DNA of 64,000 nucleotides from an uncultured bacterium. GTDB lineage: Bacteria; Oederibacteriota; JAAXVQ01; JAUVAV01. The stretch covers positions 128,001-192,000 of the forward strand of contig CAVQBK010000013.1 in NCBI GenBank assembly GCA_963710755.1, written 5' to 3'. The notes under the pieces are model-generated. The model was not told the origin of the DNA. It saw nothing but the letters and a program-made list of their open reading frames with translations, and ran no database searches. Shown here piece by piece: positions 29,631-39,189 of this stretch. A program made the position numbers and the translations under genes. Positions within the stretch are counted from its first letter, which is position 1, and the number at the start of each line of letters is the position of its first letter.

Positions 29631-32600
29631 TTACGCTGCGTTTCTAAGGGAACGGTTCTGCCGCGACGGTGCAAACTTCTCAAAGGCTTCTTGATTGATG
29701 ATCTGAAGTAAAGGCCGTAATTCGTCCAGCACCCGGCCCTTCATCATATTGCTGTCCAACATGAAGCTCGGCAGGTAAATGTCCTTCAGGCCATCCTTGG
29801 TTGTCAGATCGCCCACATGCACGGACCCCAGTTCGGGAATGGCCCGAGCCAAACTGGACAGGCTCATTAAATTATTGATTCTATTTTCATCTGACAGGTT
29901 AACGGCTTGCGATTGCCAAAATTGCTGAAGCAGCTTTTCGAAACGTGCCCGCATTTGAATATTACCCGTGACCGCCCAAAGCTTATAAGTCTGGGCCAAA
30001 GGCTGATTAGGTTGGGTTAAGGCGCTCGCCAAAGGCGACGCTTGGCCCTTCAGCACCATATTTATATAAGCCGGCGCATTCCAGAGCCGCAGGAGCCGCA
30101 TAACCGGCGCCTGCCATGAACGGGGCAGGTGGTTGATGGTCTTGAAAAAAGTTTCAAACAGGGTTATTGGTGCTTGCCAAGCGGTATGCGTCACCCCTTC
30201 CATTAAAAGGTCAACTTCCCAGCGCTGTTCATTTTCCTGGCGCAGTTGAGTTAGAGAAGCGCCGAGCAAGGCTTCTGTGACTGCTTTCCTGCTCTTCTGC
30301 CACCATGAAGATCCTTCTGGCTGTCGCACCACCTCGCGCAGCAGGCTGTCAGGCAGAAATAAAACAGTCTGGGTAAACAGCTGATCCCCGACTTCTTCTC
30401 CTGCCAACACCAGCCGGCCTTTCCAATCGCGAGCCCGTTTTTCTCGCAATTGCGATAATGGTTTTATAGCCATGTCCGGCATGGACCGGGCTTGCCTGAC
30501 CGCAGCCTGCAAGCTCACAGGATCGGGCAGGTGATTTTGACGCAACAACCTAATCAACGCCGGATGGTGATCGTCAATCATCACCCCACTTTTCAAGGGC
30601 CGATTAATGAGAATGTTAACCAAAAGACGCAGCGCTTTAAGCGGCGCGCCAAAAATCATTCCCAGGCCACTGCGGGTGATGGGCTTTTCCTGATCAGCAG
30701 TGAAAACAAACTGCCCTAACAGCCACCGCAGCATACGCTGCCCGACCGAAAGCCGCGTGTAATAGGGTTGGTTAGCTTCTTCGACCATGCTGAATTTCTG
30801 GCTTGGTTCGGATGGGATCGTGCTGCCGGTTCCTCCATTGGCTTCACCGCTGGTGCCAGGGGCGGCAGGAGGTGGGTCATTGTTTCCGCCATCCTTTTGA
30901 TCATTTTGATCCTCATTTTCCGCGGCTTTGGCACCCTTGAGTGGTGAAGTCGATTGTAAAAAGGCATGCTGCTCTCTACTCCCCGCCACATTGGTTTCCC
31001 ATTTTCCCAAATCCACCTCTTCCAGAGGGGGAATATCTGTTTTAACCTCAATATGGTCAATCCCTAACTCCCGGCAAGGTTGTTCGAAATCGGCATCATT
31101 TTGCATCACCGTAATAACAGCATGGCCGAGCCTTTCTGCTTCCATAATTGTCTTGCCTTCCACAGAAAATTCATAACGCTTATCGCCTTTGATTAAAAAT
31201 ATTTTAAGAGGCTTTAATTCACCATTTTTTTTCTGATATACCGTAAATTGGCAATCGCTCTGCTGATAGGATATGGGTATAAGGGGGTTTCCCGTAATAA
31301 TCAGTCCTCCTTCACGGAGGGAATTGTCGTTGGCCATTTGGGTGAGAATTTTTTCTTCCAATCCAGGATAGGTCCCCAATAAATTCAAACAAATTTTTAT
31401 TTTGCTTTTGACGTTAATACCAAAAGGATTGTGTTTTAATCCCAGTCCAAGCCGCAAAGCCTCATTATCATAATTGGTGCTCTCCGCGCTTATCCCACGG
31501 GGCAAACTGCTTTCATCCTTTTTATAATCCTTGAACCAGGAATTAAAGCGTCTGTAACTCCGGACACTGGTATCCACCCTGCCACCCAAATAGTAAATCC
31601 CAACAATCTTGTTCCCTTTAAAATATGCGATCCTGTAATTTTTCGGATCCAGCGATGAACGTTGGTCGGTAATCACAAATTCAGGCATATGCGTTTCAGA
31701 AACAATAACGTGATGCCGTGGGTTTAATTGACTGGCATCGGCTGCTATTTTGGCTGCTTCCACTGGAGACCAACCAATAATATTGATATTTATGCCCACA
31801 TCATTCTCATTTTTAGGCAGAAGAATGCGCGCCGGTAATTCACCTTCCTGTGTAAGGTATTGGCGGATGCGGGCCAGGTGATGATCGCGGTTGACCAGAT
31901 CAAAAAGATTGTATTTATTGCGGTCGCCGGCAATTTTATTGATTTGCCATTTCAATTTTTGGGAAAGTTTATTTTTAATCGTTTGTAGTGTGAAAAAGGC
32001 GGCATAAGTCACTTGCTGGGTATATTGCCCTTCTTTCTTTATAATGCCCAGCATGACGTGCGCTGCGTCCCGAAGGATGTCCTTACTCATTCTTTGATAA
32101 TTGCCTGCAATGGTCATCATACCATTGACCAAGGCCAAATCTCCTGCACTGGTATCCAAGAGGGGGAGCCCACCCCAATCTTCATTCGCTGGCATTTCAT
32201 CGGCAGTGGTTAATTCTTCCATGGTGGCACGGTAAAGAGGAAAATATCTTTGCCCGTGAGCGCCGTACAACAAAATTTCGGAGATCATGGCATGTAATGC
32301 TTCCTCCTGCGGATTAAAGCCCGTATAACCATCAGGTTTAATAAATGGACTCACATCCGGTTTTTTTGGGTAAATTTTAGTGGCTCTCACCATGGCCTTA
32401 ACCCATTTCATATCCAAAATACCTTTACCGGCCAATTTCAACAGTTCATCCCGCATTTGGTAGAAAAGTTTTCTGTCCAAGCGATAAGTACGATGGAAGG
32501 AAGTCACAGCTTCGTACTTATCTACCACTGGCAAAGCTTCTTGTATAGCGGTAGTTTCAACGGACGTAAGGCCGTAAGGATAACCATTACCGTTTAATTC

Positions 32601-35600
32601 TTCATGATGAATGGTGCCTTCTACCATAACCGGATCCAAGCCGAATGATTTAAGCACAATTTCCCCCACCCGGGAATGAGCCATTACCAGCATCCTTTGT
32701 TGGGGATCGAAGCGCCCGGTATCATAAAGAATCGCCGGATCGATAAAAACTTTTCCATAATCATGGAGCCATGCAGCTTGTCTTAATTTTTCAATGAACG
32801 GTTGATACCAACCGTGTTCCACCCCATTAGCGACCCCATATTCTTCAGCCGCATGTGCTGCATATTCCGAGACATAATGACAATGAAGGAAGCTTTCGAA
32901 ATTGGAATGGGTATTCTCAGGGTTAAAATTATAGGCATAACGAAAAATTTGATTATAGAGCATGCCTGTCCAAAAATAGGGTCGCAATTCATTAGGCATT
33001 TTTTTTAAATATTTTTCATTAGCTTCCCGAACTAAAGCCCCAAGCTCTGCGGCAGCTTCCACAGCCTTGCGGTTGACTGAATCAGGCCAATATTGATTAT
33101 AGGCCCTGCCAGACAACTGATTAACTTGCTCGGCATCAATGTCCCCTAAGGTCAAGCGATATTTCAAACTAATAGCTTCCATGCGATCCAATATTTTTTT
33201 ACGATTACTCTCACGCACCATGGCCAGAGCTTTTTTGACTTGAGTCCAGGAGGGATTGTCATAGGCCAGCTCTTTTTTCAAATCAATCACCTTATAAGCC
33301 AAAGCTTCATACAATTCTCTAAAGTAAAGGACGTTGACAACCCAGAACACGATACTTACCAAAGGCACGTGCACATGCAGCATTAAAATATCATCATGGT
33401 AGAGAACCAGCACTGGCAAATAGGGCAGCAACATGAGCAGTTGTTTTAAAAAGCCGATGATGAATTGAAGCACATGAAACCAACGAAACGCCTGCTCACC
33501 GTGTACGATCAGGTCTATGGTTTTGAACCCTTGCAGCAATGCAGTATATAACAGAAGCGGTAGGCTCATGGCCAGCAAGCCCGCTTTGGGAAAGAAAAGG
33601 CCAGTCAGCAACGTAAAGACAATAATGCCGCCTATGTCCAAAAACAGGCCCCACTGACCCCACTTGATCTGCCGACGGATCTCTCTGGGAAATGCGATCC
33701 GCGATATCCAAAATCCCAGGGAGGCGATCACATTCTCCAATTCCCAGGTACGGTCGCTGACTGAAAATTGATGCCAAAGATCCACCTGTTGTCCCCAAAA
33801 TTTGACCAACCGTGGCCGGGCCTCGACAAATACATGAGCTACCAAAAGGCCTCCCAAGTAATAAGCGATAAACGTCATTCCCGAAGGATTTAGTGCAGTG
33901 CCTACAAGGGCAAATAACACCACTTGAAAACCTGTCAGGGACAAATAAGATAAATTAAAAAAGGCCAGTTTCAACTGTTGTATAGGACTTAATGTTCCCT
34001 CTATCCCCACAAGATGCAGGATATGCCAAAAAAACTTGTAAACTAAAAAGAACACCCAAAAAGACATGCCAAAAAGCAATGGTTGATTTAAAAGTTGCAG
34101 ATGCCACCAGGTGGTCAAACCGACAAACCCCACTGATTCCACCACGGCCGGTGCAAAAACGTCGGCCATGAACCAAGCGATGCGGTGCCGCCAGGGAGAA
34201 GCGTTCTTGCCTTTTGGCCCTAATATCCTTTTCTCCAAGTTTTTATACAACCATTTTTGCAAGAAGGGCCATTGTCCGGGCGAAGCGAACCTTGCTTGCA
34301 ACCATGAACTTAAACGCCAATTCTCCGCCCACCCCGAATGGGTGCGGCGCAGGGACTGAAGTTGATGAAACAGCGCTATTAAGCTGGTCCGGATTTTATG
34401 CCAAGCTTGACTGATGGATTGTGACCATGAATACCAAGCCGGTGTACTTAAAATGGCGCGAGCACGCTGCTTGGCTTCCTGGTTGGATAGAAACCGTACC
34501 TTCATATTGGTTAGGCCCGTGCCCAGGTGCCATATCCGGCGTGGAGAAAAAAGCGCGGTGATGTCCGTGTTTTCAATGGGGACCAAGTAAGTTTTGGTTT
34601 TTTCATTACTCCTGACCGCAGACCAATCAAAGTCAATGGCAGGATCGTTTTCTGCATAGCTTGCCAGCTGCTGCTGAACATAGACTTGGAGTTCCTGGGG
34701 ATTCACATCCGCCGCGTCCATTTTTAATTCCACGGTGGTCGCTTTGGCAACCACATCCAGCTGTTCAGCGAAAAACCGCAACGCGTCAGGTAATTCCTTG
34801 TCAGGGAGGCTGGCCATACTCAGGGGCTTAAAACGCGAAGCCAGCGCAATCAGGGTCTGGTTTTGGGCCAGCAGTTTTTCCAGGGACGTTTTTTCATGCC
34901 TAAGTAGGGCAAAATAGGGATTAATCAAATCGACCTGGGTCAAGCGAGGTTTGATGCTGATATAGGAAACATCCTTCTGTTTCAGACTTTCCAGAATTCC
35001 GGCCTGATGATAGCCGCCACTAAGCAGCACTGCTTGTTCCTGTCCTTGAGCCCGCATGCTCGCCAAGAGGTTGGTGACAAAGGCCTCGCTGCGTTGATCA
35101 GCCTGTTCATAAAAACCACTAACTTTGTCCAGGGCTTCATCCAGATGCAGGAGGCCTGCTTCCAAAATCTGCGGCGGCCTTTTCTCCATCAGGTTGGACT
35201 CCACCTGATGGATGAACTTTAAAAATGAAGCAACAGTATAGCTGGCCCGGTTTGCTTGAAAGGCCTCCAACTCTGCGGTTGTGGCAGACACGTTGAGCAG
35301 CTTTTCCATCAATTCCACTTGCCGTAAGCGCTGGTCCAAGGCCTCCTCTTGGCGGTTCTGATATAAGGTGCGGCGAATGGCCCTATCCAAGTCATCCACC
35401 TCTTTGATCAGTTGATCCTGATCCACCCCATACGGTAATACATGACGCCGTTTGGAAATGGTTTTTTTGATTTCCTGATAAGGTGCCAGCGGCAGACCCT
35501 GGGCCTGGGCAGTTTCATAGAGAAAGGCGCTGTATTTAAGCAGAGGCCATTGTCCTGACTTAAAGGCCATGACATCCTTGTCGTAGTCTTTCAGCGTCTC

Positions 35601-36263
35601 GTGATAAACACTGTCTTTTAGAGTATCCAGCGCATCCCTCAAATCCCAAATTAAGCCTTGTGTCTCGTCGGTGAGAAAGGCCTCAATGGCCTGGCGGCTG
35701 TGCTGATACAATTGGGGTGTTTCAATGCCGTCCAGAATCACCGGGATCTTGCCTGTAGCTGCATAGTATTCAGCACCGCTCATCTGGCCGGTTCTGATAA
35801 AATGACGTCCTACCAACTCCTTAACCTTTTGCAGGGGGAAGGTGCGTAATTTGGAAACATCCAGTGCTTCACTGGCACCTTCGACGCCTATCAGCCTGAT
35901 TTGGTTATCTTGGACCAGATGGGCCAACAACTGGGCAATATTGAGCTGTACTTCCTGTTGGCAATGAAGGTCCTGAATATAAATGATGGTTGGGCCATGG
36001 CCTTGGAAGTGATCGGTTACCTGGCCATATTGACGTGGTATGTTATAAAATTGATGTTGTAAGTTTATCCTATTTGGCCCTTGCAGGTAGGCCGCTTGGT
36101 CAAAGGCCCAAGTAACGTAGGGTGTGATAAAGGTAAGGGTCAGTAGCAACGCCAATGTTTTGGTCATGCTCTTAAAGAAGATCTTCTGCCCAAACAGATG
36201 TGCTATTAATTTGTGAAGTTGATGCTGTCGCCAATGTTGATAGTTTGAATTAATCTCAGTCAT
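29631..36263 (-). CDS. Giant exported/membrane protein 2 of the QDLH-domain family with internal HD-GYP domain (2210 aa)
   Basis: Signal ending PYVTWA; QDLH, GVEG, GAEY, GGYH, NPYF; multi-TM block; WLHDYGK and HHEELNGNGYPYGL. Confidence 0.9.
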   Translation of the reverse strand: MTEINSNYQHWRQHQLHKLIAHLFGQKIFFKSMTKTLALLLTLTFITPYVTWAFDQAAYLQGPNRINLQHQFYNIPRQYGQVTDHFQGHGPTIIYIQDLHCQQEVQLNIAQLLAHLVQDNQIRLIGVEGASEALDVSKLRTFPLQKVKELVGRHFIRTGQMSGAEYYAATGKIPVILDGIETPQLYQHSRQAIEAFLTDETQGLIWDLRDALDTLKDSVYHETLKDYDKDVMAFKSGQWPLLKYSAFLYETAQAQGLPLAPYQEIKKTISKRRHVLPYGVDQDQLIKEVDDLDRAIRRTLYQNRQEEALDQRLRQVELMEKLLNVSATTAELEAFQANRASYTVASFLKFIHQVESNLMEKRPPQILEAGLLHLDEALDKVSGFYEQADQRSEAFVTNLLASMRAQGQEQAVLLSGGYHQAGILESLKQKDVSYISIKPRLTQVDLINPYFALLRHEKTSLEKLLAQNQTLIALASRFKPLSMASLPDKELPDALRFFAEQLDVVAKATTVELKMDAADVNPQELQVYVQQQLASYAENDPAIDFDWSAVRSNEKTKTYLVPIENTDITALFSPRRIWHLGTGLTNMKVRFLSNQEAKQRARAILSTPAWYSWSQSISQAWHKIRTSLIALFHQLQSLRRTHSGWAENWRLSSWLQARFASPGQWPFLQKWLYKNLEKRILGPKGKNASPWRHRIAWFMADVFAPAVVESVGFVGLTTWWHLQLLNQPLLFGMSFWVFFLVYKFFWHILHLVGIEGTLSPIQQLKLAFFNLSYLSLTGFQVVLFALVGTALNPSGMTFIAYYLGGLLVAHVFVEARPRLVKFWGQQVDLWHQFSVSDRTWELENVIASLGFWISRIAFPREIRRQIKWGQWGLFLDIGGIIVFTLLTGLFFPKAGLLAMSLPLLLYTALLQGFKTIDLIVHGEQAFRWFHVLQFIIGFLKQLLMLLPYLPVLVLYHDDILMLHVHVPLVSIVFWVVNVLYFRELYEALAYKVIDLKKELAYDNPSWTQVKKALAMVRESNRKKILDRMEAISLKYRLTLGDIDAEQVNQLSGRAYNQYWPDSVNRKAVEAAAELGALVREANEKYLKKMPNELRPYFWTGMLYNQIFRYAYNFNPENTHSNFESFLHCHYVSEYAAHAAEEYGVANGVEHGWYQPFIEKLRQAAWLHDYGKVFIDPAILYDTGRFDPQQRMLVMAHSRVGEIVLKSFGLDPVMVEGTIHHEELNGNGYPYGLTSVETTAIQEALPVVDKYEAVTSFHRTYRLDRKLFYQMRDELLKLAGKGILDMKWVKAMVRATKIYPKKPDVSPFIKPDGYTGFNPQEEALHAMISEILLYGAHGQRYFPLYRATMEELTTADEMPANEDWGGLPLLDTSAGDLALVNGMMTIAGNYQRMSKDILRDAAHVMLGIIKKEGQYTQQVTYAAFFTLQTIKNKLSQKLKWQINKIAGDRNKYNLFDLVNRDHHLARIRQYLTQEGELPARILLPKNENDVGININIIGWSPVEAAKIAADASQLNPRHHVIVSETHMPEFVITDQRSSLDPKNYRIAYFKGNKIVGIYYLGGRVDTSVRSYRRFNSWFKDYKKDESSLPRGISAESTNYDNEALRLGLGLKHNPFGINVKSKIKICLNLLGTYPGLEEKILTQMANDNSLREGGLIITGNPLIPISYQQSDCQFTVYQKKNGELKPLKIFLIKGDKRYEFSVEGKTIMEAERLGHAVITVMQNDADFEQPCRELGIDHIEVKTDIPPLEEVDLGKWETNVAGSREQHAFLQSTSPLKGAKAAENEDQNDQKDGGNNDPPPAAPGTSGEANGGTGSTIPSEPSQKFSMVEEANQPYYTRLSVGQRMLRWLLGQFVFTADQEKPITRSGLGMIFGAPLKALRLLVNILINRPLKSGVMIDDHHPALIRLLRQNHLPDPVSLQAAVRQARSMPDMAIKPLSQLREKRARDWKGRLVLAGEEVGDQLFTQTVLFLPDSLLREVVRQPEGSSWWQKSRKAVTEALLGASLTQLRQENEQRWEVDLLMEGVTHTAWQAPITLFETFFKTINHLPRSWQAPVMRLLRLWNAPAYINMVLKGQASPLASALTQPNQPLAQTYKLWAVTGNIQMRARFEKLLQQFWQSQAVNLSDENRINNLMSLSSLARAIPELGSVHVGDLTTKDGLKDIYLPSFMLDSNMMKGRVLDELRPLLQIINQEAFEKFAPSRQNRSLRNAA

Positions 36264-36568
36264 TGTGCATCCTTAAATTTTCAGAAAACAGCAATCACTG
36301 ATTACTATACCATCATTAGCGGCAGCTATTACCATAAAACATAATTATTATTTTTAAAAAATAATATATATAACACTTGTGTTTTATTTTAGAACACTAA
36401 TAAATTAATTTTTTAGTGTAAATATTCGGAATATATTTTGTCATATTTATAATTATATGCTTTATTTTTTAATGTTTTATTATCAACTTAAAAATTGACA
36501 TCTAAAAATTTCCACTTGCCCCTTTTTTTCAACAGTTATAATTTAACCTTCTCAATTATTGGGAATAA

Positions 36569-37996
36569 CTAAAAGCTGATTTCCGTTCCTATGGTGGCAC
36601 ACCCATAAATATAATTGAAGGCATAGTCAGGATCATATTCGACATTATTGTTTGACCAATGGCTGATCCACTGATACTGGAGAATAAGCCGCCACCAATG
36701 CACCAGTAAGGGTTGCCGGATTCTGAAAGAAGCTGATAATCCTTGTTCTTTTAAAGGCTCCTTAAAAACCCATAGCCCCAAAAGAGGCTGAGTGGCCGAG
36801 GTCTGACGGGAAGGCCTGGTATGATATTGCCTTAAAAAATAACCCAATTTCAGCAGGCCTTCCGGGGCAAAGGCTCCCAATTTAAAAGGAAATTGAAATA
36901 AATAATGGCTGGTGATGGCCTGGGCATCAAAATCAAAATAGGATGGCACAAACACATCCCGGCCGGTACTGTCGTCATATAAAAAATAATTCTGATTGGA
37001 GCTGCAGAGCCTCCAAAGATAGCCCAAAGTGACTTCGTGATGCTCGTGTATATACAAGGGCAGTTGGATATAGATTTCCCGAACCAGATCCTGGCGCTTG
37101 ATGGTTTCATTAATAGTTCCGTCGGCCTGAATTTGGCCAACTTGATCATAATCCCACTGGGCCAGACTAACCATGACATCCAAATTAATGAAATTCTTTT
37201 CATTCCCCAGCCGTTGCCCCACCTGCAAATGGGTGGCGTTAAAATCCAATGCTTCTGCCTCCGCACCTTGTTCTATCAGCGCAATAGTATCAGTCACCGG
37301 ATTAATCACCGTTGTCTCCCCTGTTTGCGGAGGTATGCGCGGACTATTATTGGAATTGTCATTATTGGCCTGAGGTCGACGCAACCCGCCATCATCAATA
37401 TAAAGACTGTAATAATCGGGAAAGGTTTTGGAACTCCAGCTTCCTTCCAGCCTGCTTTCCATAGCCAGACCGGGGTGGTAGGAGGCTTGCATATTTATAA
37501 CCCCGCCGTATTCCTGGGCATTATAATAAGCCTCAGCCAATGTCTCATTTTGATAATAAGGAAGATCTTCGGTACGGCCAAAAACCTTCCCCCCCATCCG
37601 AATCCCCGGCCAAGTCTTTACATTAGCTCCCAACCAGTACTCCATGATGAGTTGTTCCCTGTACATAAAGACTGGATCTTCCGTATCCAGTACGGCCGAA
37701 GGATAAATGTACGTTAAATCGATACCAGGATGGAACGTCAGGGAATCCTGCGATTTAAAACCTATGGTGGGCGTAAAAGAAAGATCCACTTCCCAAGCCG
37801 CGGCTTGGGCCTTGGGGCTCGGTGTATTGCCCGTGCTGTCAAGATATACAGCTGGATAACTAAGGTCATTCACTGCGGCATGACCAATTACCATAAGATT
37901 ACCAGCTGGTTTAAAGGTCAATTCCTCAGCATAACCCATGGCATTAATCATCAAAGTCCCCAGCCATAAGCCGGCCCAATAGCCCAACGCCCTCAT
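36569..37996 (-). CDS. Putative outer-membrane beta-barrel protein
   Basis: Signal peptide, aromatic-rich alternating strands, C-terminal IGTEISF. Confidence 0.6.
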   Translation of the reverse strand: MRALGYWAGLWLGTLMINAMGYAEELTFKPAGNLMVIGHAAVNDLSYPAVYLDSTGNTPSPKAQAAAWEVDLSFTPTIGFKSQDSLTFHPGIDLTYIYPSAVLDTEDPVFMYREQLIMEYWLGANVKTWPGIRMGGKVFGRTEDLPYYQNETLAEAYYNAQEYGGVINMQASYHPGLAMESRLEGSWSSKTFPDYYSLYIDDGGLRRPQANNDNSNNSPRIPPQTGETTVINPVTDTIALIEQGAEAEALDFNATHLQVGQRLGNEKNFINLDVMVSLAQWDYDQVGQIQADGTINETIKRQDLVREIYIQLPLYIHEHHEVTLGYLWRLCSSNQNYFLYDDSTGRDVFVPSYFDFDAQAITSHYLFQFPFKLGAFAPEGLLKLGYFLRQYHTRPSRQTSATQPLLGLWVFKEPLKEQGLSASFRIRQPLLVHWWRLILQYQWISHWSNNNVEYDPDYAFNYIYGCATIGTEISF

Positions 37997-38172
37997 GGTT
38001 TAAACCTCCGGTTATTTTTCTCACACTTAAGTTTATGCCCGCTTCAGCAATTTCTCAACTGTTTTACTTGGATAAGTAGTCACCTAATCAACGAGCAGGG
38101 CATTGGAAAGAGTCGTTGACATTTGAGCAATTTGGATGTTTATTACCATCAAAAATACCGGGGAGAATATAA

Positions 38173-39117
38173 ATGATCAAATCCATTATCATTGCGCTCG
38201 GTTCCATAGCCATCTTGTGGCTGGTCATCTTTCTTATTAATGAAACCGATTTCCTTTATCACGAACCTGAAGGCTATACGCTGTCCAAGGAAGCGCAATG
38301 GTTCTCTCCCGATGTAGCGCCTTTATTTATCACCAACCCCAAACACGATCAGTTGATTCTATTTATCCATGGGTATCAAAGCACACCTCACGATCTGCGC
38401 GCTATTGCCCTGCATTTTTCCAAATCTTATGATGTGGCTCTGCCTCTGCTTCCCGGCCACGGCACATCGGAAGCAGATTTTCAAAAAACCTTCTTTGCTC
38501 AATGGTACGGCTATGCCAGTGATTTGTATCATTACTATCGCAAACAATACAAAAAGGTTTACCTATGCGGCTTTTCCATGGGCGGCACCATTGCGCTCAC
38601 GCTGGCCGAGAACAACCAGGGCGGCATGGCCCCCGATGGCTTGGTCATCCTGTCGGCGCCCGTCTTTTTAAACCATTTATGGGGTAGTGGTATTCTCTAT
38701 GACTGGCGATTGTATTTCTCGCGTATGGCTTCCTGGTTTCTGGAAAAAGTCTCTCATCCCATTCCATCAAGCGACGGCGACGGCGCTCATGAAATCGGCT
38801 ATGAAGGTACGAATTATTTAAAACAGGTACACAGCTTGAAGTTGGCCATGAACAGGGCACGCCGGCATTTGGATAAGATCAAGGCGCCCATGCTGCTTAT
38901 GCAGGCCATGGGCGACCATACCGTGCCTTTTGCCAACATGGCTTATATTGCCCGTCATGTCAGCTCCAAGGTGGTTTGGACCAAAGCCTTTGATCTTAGT
39001 GCCTGGTCGCATCGCAAACATCTGATCCCCTTGTATGACACTACCCAGCCGCAGATCATTAAGGAAATGGACCTGTTTTTAGATAAGATCAATGACAAAC
39101 CGGCCAAGAATGAATAG
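38173..39117 (+). CDS. Alpha/beta hydrolase (carboxylesterase/lipase-like), membrane anchored
   Basis: FIHGY, LPGHG, GFSMGG nucleophile elbow, DHTV, distal His. Confidence 0.9.
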   Translation: MIKSIIIALGSIAILWLVIFLINETDFLYHEPEGYTLSKEAQWFSPDVAPLFITNPKHDQLILFIHGYQSTPHDLRAIALHFSKSYDVALPLLPGHGTSEADFQKTFFAQWYGYASDLYHYYRKQYKKVYLCGFSMGGTIALTLAENNQGGMAPDGLVILSAPVFLNHLWGSGILYDWRLYFSRMASWFLEKVSHPIPSSDGDGAHEIGYEGTNYLKQVHSLKLAMNRARRHLDKIKAPMLLMQAMGDHTVPFANMAYIARHVSSKVVWTKAFDLSAWSHRKHLIPLYDTTQPQIIKEMDLFLDKINDKPAKNE

Positions 39118-39146
39118 AGATTGGGGTTAAACAAAGCTTATACCTA

Positions 39147-39172
39147 TAAGGGCTCACATGTTGAACCCCTAC
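39147..39172 (-). repeat. GTAG-type REP-like palindrome between convergent genes
   Basis: Minus strand GTAGGGGTTCAACATGTGAGCCCTTA. Confidence 0.6.
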
Positions 39173-39189
39173 TATTGAACTACAAACGT

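Noticed and set aside
36270-36560. Very AT-rich tract as a replication origin or mobile-element end
   Set aside because: No DnaA-box cluster, terminal repeats or mobility gene; consistent with a promoter region.
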